64,000 nucleotides of DNA, taken from NCBI GenBank assembly GCA_048538215.1, contig JBLYPV010000001.1, forward strand, positions 397,499 to 461,498, written 5' to 3'. Both the position numbers and the translations under genes were made by a program. Origin of the DNA: Patescibacteria group bacterium (GTDB taxonomy: Bacteria > Patescibacteriota > Minisyncoccia > Phycocordibacterales > GCA-2747955). Shown here piece by piece: positions 57,021 through 64,000 of this stretch (position 1 is the stretch's first letter; each line of letters opens with the position of its first letter). Under the pieces are notes generated by a model that was not told the origin of the DNA, ran no database searches, and saw only the letters and a program-made list of their open reading frames with translations.

Positions 57021-58826
57021 ATGGGATTGTTTGGCAAGAAAAAAAATAAAAATAAAAAAATAGATATCGCCCCGATTCTACCCAAAGAGATATACCAATC
57101 AGCCGTCTTAGACTTGAAAGATATTATTGCTCCTTCAGCTCTTGAGATACGCCCTAAAGAAGTGAGCTTGGGAGAGAAAATGCTCCGTACTTTTTTTGTT
57201 ATCTCTTATCCTAAATATCTTTCCGATAGCTGGTTTTCGCCAATTGTTAATCTAGATAAAGAATTTGATGTGTCTATCTTTATCCACCCCATTGATACCC
57301 AAACGGTCTTACGAAAATTCCAAAAGAAAGTGGCCGAGGTGCAGTCTCAGATTTATACCCGAGAAAAAAAAGGCTTAGTACGTGATCCACAGCTAGACTC
57401 TGCCTACACCAATCTCGAAGAATTACGCAACAAGCTTCAGCAAGCCACTGAAAAATTGTTTGATGTTGGTATCTACATTTCTGTCTATGGCAATAATGAA
57501 AAAGAGCTTGATAAGATTGAGTCCGAGATACGATCAATCCTTGAGTCAAAATTGATTTATGTCCGCCCAGCCACCTATCGACAAGAAGAGGGCTTTCGCT
57601 CTATCTTGCCCCTCAATCAAGACCATCTTCGAGTACACTCCAAGCTTAATTCTGCCCCCCTTTCTTCTGTTTTTCCTTTTGTTTCTTTCAATCTCTCATC
57701 AAATCAAGGAATTCTTCACGGTATTAATCGTCATAACAGTAGCCTCATTCTTTTTGATCGCTTTTCACTCCCCAATTATAATTCGGTGACATTCGCTACC
57801 TCTGGTGCAGGTAAATCATATGCTATCAAGCTCGAGATTTTGCGTACCCTAATGTTTGATACCGAGGTAATCGTCATCGATCCTGAGCGAGAATTTGAAT
57901 ATCTCGCTGAGGCAGTAGGAGGCAGGTACTTCAATATTTCACTTGCTTCAGAGCACCATATCAATCCTTTTGATTTGCCCGCACCTCGCCCTGATGAGTC
58001 TCGTGCCAATGTATTGCGAAGCCACATTGTTTCTTTGGTAGGACTTTTTAGATTAATGCTTGGTGGGCTCACCCCAGAAGAAGATGCCATCATAGACAGG
58101 GCTATTACCGAAACATACGCTCTTAAAGATATCACCCCTGATTCTAATTTTGAAAATAGCGAGCCTCCACTTCTTTCTGATTTTGAGCTGGTACTTGCGG
58201 GGCTTGAAGGGTCTGGATCTCTTGTAGCACGCATTTCTAAATATACTTCAGGTACCTGGTCAGGGTTTCTCAATATGGCTTCAAATGTAGATATTAATCA
58301 AAAAGTGGTAGTCTTTTCTATTCGTGATATGGAAAATGAGTTACGCCCAGTTGCGATGTATTTGATCACCCAATACATATGGAACGCCATCCGCCAAGAG
58401 CTACGCCGGCGACTTTTGGTAATCGATGAGGCCTGGACTATGATGCAATCCGAAGATGCAGCAAGCTTTGTATTTGGCATTGCCAAACGAGGACGAAAAT
58501 ACTATCTCGGGCTTGCCACTATCACCCAGGATGTGGCCGACTTCTTGGGCTCTCCCTATGGCGTGCCTATTATCACCAACAGTAGTATGCAATTATTACT
58601 CAAGCAGTCTCCCACTACAATTGACAGAGTACAGGAAACATTCCACCTCACCGACGAAGAAAAGTATCTCCTCCTTGAGGCTAATGTGGGAGAAGGAATC
58701 TTTTTTGCAGGTACTAAGCACGTGGCAATCAAAATTATCGCAAGCTACACCGAAGATCAAATCATCACCTCTGACCCTTCTCAAATTCTCGCCATCAAAG
58801 AAAGCAAAAAAATGCTTACTCAGTAG
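57021..58826 (+). CDS. VirB4-like ATPase
   Basis: ATSGAGKS, IDPEREF, INPFD, LVIDEAW and KRGRKY..ITQ. Confidence 0.9.
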   Translation: MGLFGKKKNKNKKIDIAPILPKEIYQSAVLDLKDIIAPSALEIRPKEVSLGEKMLRTFFVISYPKYLSDSWFSPIVNLDKEFDVSIFIHPIDTQTVLRKFQKKVAEVQSQIYTREKKGLVRDPQLDSAYTNLEELRNKLQQATEKLFDVGIYISVYGNNEKELDKIESEIRSILESKLIYVRPATYRQEEGFRSILPLNQDHLRVHSKLNSAPLSSVFPFVSFNLSSNQGILHGINRHNSSLILFDRFSLPNYNSVTFATSGAGKSYAIKLEILRTLMFDTEVIVIDPEREFEYLAEAVGGRYFNISLASEHHINPFDLPAPRPDESRANVLRSHIVSLVGLFRLMLGGLTPEEDAIIDRAITETYALKDITPDSNFENSEPPLLSDFELVLAGLEGSGSLVARISKYTSGTWSGFLNMASNVDINQKVVVFSIRDMENELRPVAMYLITQYIWNAIRQELRRRLLVIDEAWTMMQSEDAASFVFGIAKRGRKYYLGLATITQDVADFLGSPYGVPIITNSSMQLLLKQSPTTIDRVQETFHLTDEEKYLLLEANVGEGIFFAGTKHVAIKIIASYTEDQIITSDPSQILAIKESKKMLTQ

Positions 58827-58871
58827 TCTTATTTATAAGTCGGAAAAAATAGTGCTCTCTATAGATACCTA

Positions 58872-60005
58872 CTAGCTATGAGTATAGAGCTCACTATGAG
58901 TACTCTGCCTATGTACTGGGCGATTATATTTACGCATCCCAAAGACCATACCCACAGCCAAAGCTTCTGCCACTAAGTGTGATCCTCCGTAGGACATAAA
59001 AGGGATGGTGATCCCTGTCACCGGCAAGAGCCCGATGTTGATTCCCGTATGGACCACAATGTGAGCAGTAAAGTAAATAGCAACTCCGCCAGCAAAAAGC
59101 ATTTCAAAATTAGTCTCCCCATACATACCAGACCGTGCTATCCGATATACAAGAGTAGCGTACAAGGCAAGGAGGGCAATCATTCCAATAAAGCCCCACT
59201 CTTCAGCAAAAGCAGCAATTATGAAATCTGTTTGATACTGAGGAAGAAATTGTAATCGCGATTGACTTCCATATCCTACCCCCTTGCCCCACAAGCCCCC
59301 AGATCCTACAGCAATGGTAGCTTGGAGAGCATTATATCCAGCCCCACGAATATCGGCTCCCGGATCAATAAAGCTCTCAATTCGCTCCTTTTGATAGGGA
59401 GAGAAAACAAAGATCCATAGTATCAACAATGCTACAAGCCCACTTCCTACAAGAAGCAATACTTGCTTATAATTGATACCAGATAAAAGCACCATCCCAA
59501 ACCATATTAAAAATAAAATAACCGCAGATCCAAAGTCTGGCTGAGATGCGACTAATATAAATAGTACTAAAGTATACATCCCGGAAATAATGAGGTGGCG
59601 TAATGCTTTAATTTCTATGTGTCGCCTAGAAAAGTACTTAGCGAGAACAATAATTAATACAACCTTAGCAAATTCTGCTGGCTGAAGAGCGAAAGAACCA
59701 AAAGAAAACCAGGATTGTGCACCAGAAAATACAGAGCCATAAATACTCAATAATCCCAAAACACCCACAATACCAGCATACAAGCTCATCACCACCCAGC
59801 TTTTACGTAAAAAGCGATAATTAAAAAAAGAGGCAAGCGTCATTACCGAAAATGCAATTCCAAGAAGGAGTACCTGTTTATCAAAGAGGGCATCTACGGG
59901 GCTATCGAAAGAATAGAGCACTAAAAGCCCCCACATTGCAATAATTGCTATGATACTATAGCTTATCCAATCAATACCATATGCGATACGCATTATTCCA
60001 GACAT
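58872..60005 (-). CDS. rodA: SEDS family peptidoglycan polymerase, RodA-like
   Basis: GAQSW, LQPAEFAK, QPDFG, IAVGSGG..GKG, TDFI, GLLPVTG.TIPFMSYGGS. Confidence 0.88.
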   Translation of the reverse strand: MSGIMRIAYGIDWISYSIIAIIAMWGLLVLYSFDSPVDALFDKQVLLLGIAFSVMTLASFFNYRFLRKSWVVMSLYAGIVGVLGLLSIYGSVFSGAQSWFSFGSFALQPAEFAKVVLIIVLAKYFSRRHIEIKALRHLIISGMYTLVLFILVASQPDFGSAVILFLIWFGMVLLSGINYKQVLLLVGSGLVALLILWIFVFSPYQKERIESFIDPGADIRGAGYNALQATIAVGSGGLWGKGVGYGSQSRLQFLPQYQTDFIIAAFAEEWGFIGMIALLALYATLVYRIARSGMYGETNFEMLFAGGVAIYFTAHIVVHTGINIGLLPVTGITIPFMSYGGSHLVAEALAVGMVFGMRKYNRPVHRQSTHSELYTHS

Positions 60006-60009
60006 ATCA

Positions 60010-60765
60010 CTATTTTGTTAGTCGAGTGAATATTTCTACCCGCGCAATAAAATTATCGAATGGCTTGCGCCAAGAAAAGAAAACCGTACGCTCCCCCGTG
60101 CCCACCAAATGATCTACATAGGTACGAGAGATATGCTCTACATTTTCGTCCTGATTATATAATACTACTATAATTTCTAAGTCCTTTAGAGGGTCTACTC
60201 CTGTATTGCGCAGATCTACTTCAAGTGAAGGGCTCGTCTCAAGCTTATCAAGACGATAGCCAATCATTTCTACTACCTTACTCTGTGCTTCATCTTTATA
60301 CCAAGAATAGCCTTCCTCAAAAGTAAGATAGCTTCGTTCAATTTTTCGATTGTCGGTACTTACTGCTTGGTGGAATATTATCCGTCGCTCTCGCGGAGCA
60401 AGATCTATACTATCATTCACTTCTGCAACAAGCATATTGTCTTTATTAAAACCTCGAAGGGTGTACTGTAGGGTGGTACCAATTTCAAAATTAGGATTCT
60501 CTATATAAGCAGCCATATTATATACTCCTGGGCCTACCTCAAATGACCGTGCCCATACGATATTAGGGCTTGTAGCCTTAAAGGAACACACCTTCGTACA
60601 GGCCCCTCCACAATCTACGCCTTCTTCCAGACCATTCTGTTTACCATCAAAACAACTTGGTGGATTATATAATACGAAAAAATAGAAAAAGGCAGTAATA
60701 ATAATTAGACCCAAAATAAGGTAGGCGATGATGATAGCTTGTCGTTTGCGTCCCCAGGCACTCAT
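60010..60765 (-). CDS. membrane-anchored hypothetical protein with Cys motif
   Basis: TM helix followed by CFDGKQNG.EEGVDCGGAC. Confidence 0.75.
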   Translation of the reverse strand: MSAWGRKRQAIIIAYLILGLIIITAFFYFFVLYNPPSCFDGKQNGLEEGVDCGGACTKVCSFKATSPNIVWARSFEVGPGVYNMAAYIENPNFEIGTTLQYTLRGFNKDNMLVAEVNDSIDLAPRERRIIFHQAVSTDNRKIERSYLTFEEGYSWYKDEAQSKVVEMIGYRLDKLETSPSLEVDLRNTGVDPLKDLEIIVVLYNQDENVEHISRTYVDHLVGTGERTVFFSWRKPFDNFIARVEIFTRLTK

Positions 60766-60804
60766 AGCTACAGTATACTACAAAAATATATCCTCCACGA
60801 GATA

Positions 60805-61971
60805 TTAATGTAAGGCATACAAAGCAGGCAGGCTCTTGTGAGTAAGATAGTGGATCATAGCTCCACCCCCTGTAGAAAGAAAATCTATGTGCTGATCCAG
60901 ATTATGTTCTCGAAGTAAATCGATGGTGTTACCTCCTCCTACTATTGATTCTCCTGAAATTTCTTTAATCTTTTCTGCCAAAGCAATAGTGCCTTGCTTA
61001 TACCCACCCTCAAGGTAGCCCAAGGGGCCATTCCACACAAGTAATGGAGCATCGATACGTGCATCAATAAAGTTTGTAATATCTTCTGTAGCTATATCAT
61101 AAATAGCATCATCAGGAGCAACAAGGGATATATCTTTGGTGCGCACCTCGCCTTTCGAATCTTCACATACGACCTGGCTAGGAAGTATCAAACGTGCATC
61201 ACCAAGCAAAAGATGAGCAAGCTCTTGTGTATCTTCATCAAGCTTATCTTCATATACCGAACGGCCAATTTCATATCCTGCAAGCTTATACAGTGTATTT
61301 GCTAGCGCTCCCCCTACATACACCGCCTCATATGAATCAAGTAGTTGGCGGATAAGTGGAAGCTTGGTAGAAGCTTTATTACCACCAATAATTGCCACCG
61401 ATCCCCTGCGTGGCTCAAGGGCTATTTGTAAATTTTCCACCTCTTCACTACAGGTAAATCCAGCAAGAGCACGGGTACATTTACGAGGAAGGGCATCAAG
61501 AGACATATGTTTGCGATGGCTTGCCGCAAAAGCCTCATTAATATATAGCTCTCCCAAGAGAGCTAGCTTGGAGGCCATATCTTCATCGTTTGCCTTTTCC
61601 TTATCTGTTGCACGTACATTGTCTAAGAGCACCACCGCTCCTGCCTCTGCCTGAGCAATCCATTCTCTAAGCTTCTCTAGCGAAGCATCAAAGTCTTGTG
61701 CAAAAAAATTTTCAAAGAAATCTAATTCTATCTCTTGCTTTAGTCGCTCGTAGACTGCTTGTAGGTGCTCTGTTTTCTCCCTACCTTGATGTGCAATAAT
61801 AATCACTATAGCTTCTTGATCCACTAAATAGTGCAAGGTGGGCAGTATGCGCTCAAGCCGATAATCGTCTGCAATTTCTCCTGTTTCAGTGAGTGGCACA
61901 TTTATACTTGCCCGTACAAATACTATTTTAGTTTGCCAATTCGATATCTCGCATATACTAGGTAAAATCAT
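60805..61971 (-). CDS. pgk: phosphoglycerate kinase (divergent)
   Basis: HQGR, LLDNVR, IIGGNK, GGALAN, WNGPLG, GGGNT and STGGGA; adjacent to tpiA. Confidence 0.92.
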   Translation of the reverse strand: MILPSICEISNWQTKIVFVRASINVPLTETGEIADDYRLERILPTLHYLVDQEAIVIIIAHQGREKTEHLQAVYERLKQEIELDFFENFFAQDFDASLEKLREWIAQAEAGAVVLLDNVRATDKEKANDEDMASKLALLGELYINEAFAASHRKHMSLDALPRKCTRALAGFTCSEEVENLQIALEPRRGSVAIIGGNKASTKLPLIRQLLDSYEAVYVGGALANTLYKLAGYEIGRSVYEDKLDEDTQELAHLLLGDARLILPSQVVCEDSKGEVRTKDISLVAPDDAIYDIATEDITNFIDARIDAPLLVWNGPLGYLEGGYKQGTIALAEKIKEISGESIVGGGNTIDLLREHNLDQHIDFLSTGGGAMIHYLTHKSLPALYALH

Positions 61972-61983
61972 AAAGCAATTACA

Positions 61984-62763
61984 TTAGGATTTCTCCACAT
62001 TCTTACAAATCCGCTCAAGCTCTTGCTTATCAAGACTGGCTCGCCCCACAAGTACCCCATCAATACCTGGGACAGATGCTAAATCAGCTATATTATCTCC
62101 GTCTACTGAGCCCCCATATAAGACAGGAATGCGCTTGGCGCGATTAGTGCTCATATATGTACTCATAATTTTTTCAAGAAGCAGGTAGGTAGAAAATAAC
62201 TCATCCGCTGTTATGGCTCGCGTGGCTTTGCTACCGATTGCCCAAAGTGGTTCATATGCAATAGTGAGCAAGCCAAGCTTTGTTTTTTTATTGGCAAAAG
62301 GAGCCAATACTGTATTGAGTTGTGTCTCAAGCACATCAATATATTCGCCTGCACTATCACGCTCTTGTTCTCCAATACAAACTATCATTGGCATATTTTC
62401 ATATATAGCTTTTTTAATTTTTTTGCCGATACTTTTCTCATCTACTCCGAAATAGTGCCTCCGCTCTGAGTGCCCAATAAGTACTGCCTGTGCTCCTACA
62501 CTTCTTGCCATCTCTATAGATGTCTCTCCTGTATATGCTCCCTCTTCTTCATAAAAAATATTTTGTGCCACTATGGTAGGAGCTTTTCCTGTTCGAGAGG
62601 CGAGCGGAGAGAGATAAACGGTAGGTGGGGCATAGGAAAGTACAATCCCAGGGTATTTTGACTGTATGCGACCATAAGCCCTCTGTAATTTTTTTGCTTC
62701 ACTCAGGCTCTGTGGATTCATCTTCCAATTCCCTACAAGGATAAAACGATTGTCTTTCTTCAT
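61984..62763 (-). CDS. tpiA: triosephosphate isomerase
   Basis: GNWKMN, IGHSERR, AYEPLWAIG, LYGGSV and LVGRASL. Confidence 0.97.
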   Translation of the reverse strand: MKKDNRFILVGNWKMNPQSLSEAKKLQRAYGRIQSKYPGIVLSYAPPTVYLSPLASRTGKAPTIVAQNIFYEEEGAYTGETSIEMARSVGAQAVLIGHSERRHYFGVDEKSIGKKIKKAIYENMPMIVCIGEQERDSAGEYIDVLETQLNTVLAPFANKKTKLGLLTIAYEPLWAIGSKATRAITADELFSTYLLLEKIMSTYMSTNRAKRIPVLYGGSVDGDNIADLASVPGIDGVLVGRASLDKQELERICKNVEKS

Positions 62764-62784
62764 AATCTCTATTCTAGCACTTTC

Positions 62785-64000
62785 TTATGTGTGGAGCAGA
62801 CTAAGCACCTCATCAATTGCAATTTTCCCTTGATAGGCAAGGAGTAGTGCTCGGGGTAAGAGATATTCTTTTTGTGCGCGCTTAAGTGTGTGTTCAAATT
62901 GCACAAAGCTCTCTCCTGAGCGCTGTGAATCCGCTATCACCTCCCCTAAAGGCATAAGAGCCCGAGCATAGCTATAGCTATCCTTACGTGCACTTACTCG
63001 ATGATAGGCGCTCCGCCAATTAAACCATGAGTGTCTTCCTTTCTCTATGGGTACCTTCCAAACAATATCAGCCCAAGCATTTGGCACTATACTTTCACCC
63101 GAGCGTCTCACATAATCTTGAAAATAGGGGAGAGAGAGATAGCGTTCAATGCTTTCAATTTCATTCTTCTTAAGTGTTCGCTGTCTTATTTGTGTAGAAT
63201 CTGTATTAAGGGTAGAGAATCGATGAGTGATGAGATTATATGTGAGCACACGAGCAATTGATTCAGCTCTTACTCCCTGGGCGAGCAACCCACGCACAAT
63301 ACTAGCCACTCCTTGATCGGCTATTCCCACAAGCCACTTACGACAAGCAAGATTATATGCAGGAAGAATCAGACTAGCGTACAGAGGAGCTAAAATTATC
63401 GCATCATACCAATTATCCACTGCTTGTATATCCTTATCCGGTCGCTTGGAATATGTTAGCTGATCGATTCCATTCAAGTCATATTCAATATGTGCTTCAA
63501 GTATTACGCTACGTTTGATAGCTCCAATAGCCTGAGCAACCCTATACAATACAAAGCTTTTCCCTGATTGTGCCAGGCCACTGATAATAAGCATTCCTCG
63601 ATCCTGTCCAAAGGCGTGTACAAGTTCGTATACATTTTCGTCATCAAGCCCTGCTCGAACAAGTGCCACACTTGCAGGATTAGCTTCTGTATCCTCTATA
63701 CTACAACTTATCCCTTGCGAATGAGGCACAAAGGCAATTCTAAATCTGCGCGTACGATTATCTTTATCCAAGCCAGAGGCAATCACCTCTTGCATTTCTT
63801 CCACCTCATCGAGTGGTGTGTCGGATAGATAGCGGAGCTTGAGATACAGTGCGTATGCGATTGCATGAGGCAAATCTATGAGCGGATACTCTCTCTGGGA
63901 AATGGTAGCGAATACGCGTAGCCGATTGGCTTCTGTACGCAAGGTAATTCGAGATGCACACTTACTATCTCCTAAGGCAATGAGCTCTTGCAATAATTTC
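62785..64000 (-). CDS. degenerate GspE/PilB-like ATPase (start probably outside the window)
   Basis: GMLIISGLAQSGKS Walker A and LEAHIEY Asp-box-like motif; Walker B and His box not conserved. Confidence 0.6.
   Translation of the reverse strand, partial: KLLQELIALGDSKCASRITLRTEANRLRVFATISQREYPLIDLPHAIAYALYLKLRYLSDTPLDEVEEMQEVIASGLDKDNRTRRFRIAFVPHSQGISCSIEDTEANPASVALVRAGLDDENVYELVHAFGQDRGMLIISGLAQSGKSFVLYRVAQAIGAIKRSVILEAHIEYDLNGIDQLTYSKRPDKDIQAVDNWYDAIILAPLYASLILPAYNLACRKWLVGIADQGVASIVRGLLAQGVRAESIARVLTYNLITHRFSTLNTDSTQIRQRTLKKNEIESIERYLSLPYFQDYVRRSGESIVPNAWADIVWKVPIEKGRHSWFNWRSAYHRVSARKDSYSYARALMPLGEVIADSQRSGESFVQFEHTLKRAQKEYLLPRALLLAYQGKIAIDEVLSLLHT

Noticed and set aside
1-64000. CRISPR array, rRNA, prophage or reverse-transcriptase system
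   Set aside because: No regularly spaced repeats, rRNA signatures, phage structural genes or RT motifs were seen.

Overview
This window looks like chromosomal DNA from a small-genome Patescibacteria (CPR, probably Parcubacteria) bacterium. That is inferred from gene content: rplK without rplA, tRNA-Arg(GCG), mostly leaderless genes and a PrgI/VirB4/VirB6/VirD4 cluster. It carries housekeeping genes (thyA, dcd, rplK, nusG, secE, nrdJ, rplS, cmk, ruvX, ruvA, rpsT, rodA, pgk, tpiA), an RND efflux pair, six tRNAs and many orphan or secreted proteins. The most unusual feature is a ~4.1 kb large-serine-recombinase element integrated at the 3' end of tRNA-Val (21769-25874). It contains a second, intact, inverted attP, so both the integrase and the cargo are flanked by long inverted repeats. 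The integrase therefore has two possible C-termini, one read from the antisense tRNA and one from attP, and its 5' leader holds two crossing 17-18 bp G-U-containing helices. Other leads: tRNA 5'-half copies exactly 101 bp upstream of two different tRNAs; inverted tRNA 3'-end copies sharing an inserted hairpin; a membrane/cytochrome b5/cytochrome d1 (NirN/NirS-like) fusion; and an unannotated 27-aa Pro/Gly peptide next to a HExxH protein. All calls come from reading the sequence; no database searches were run.
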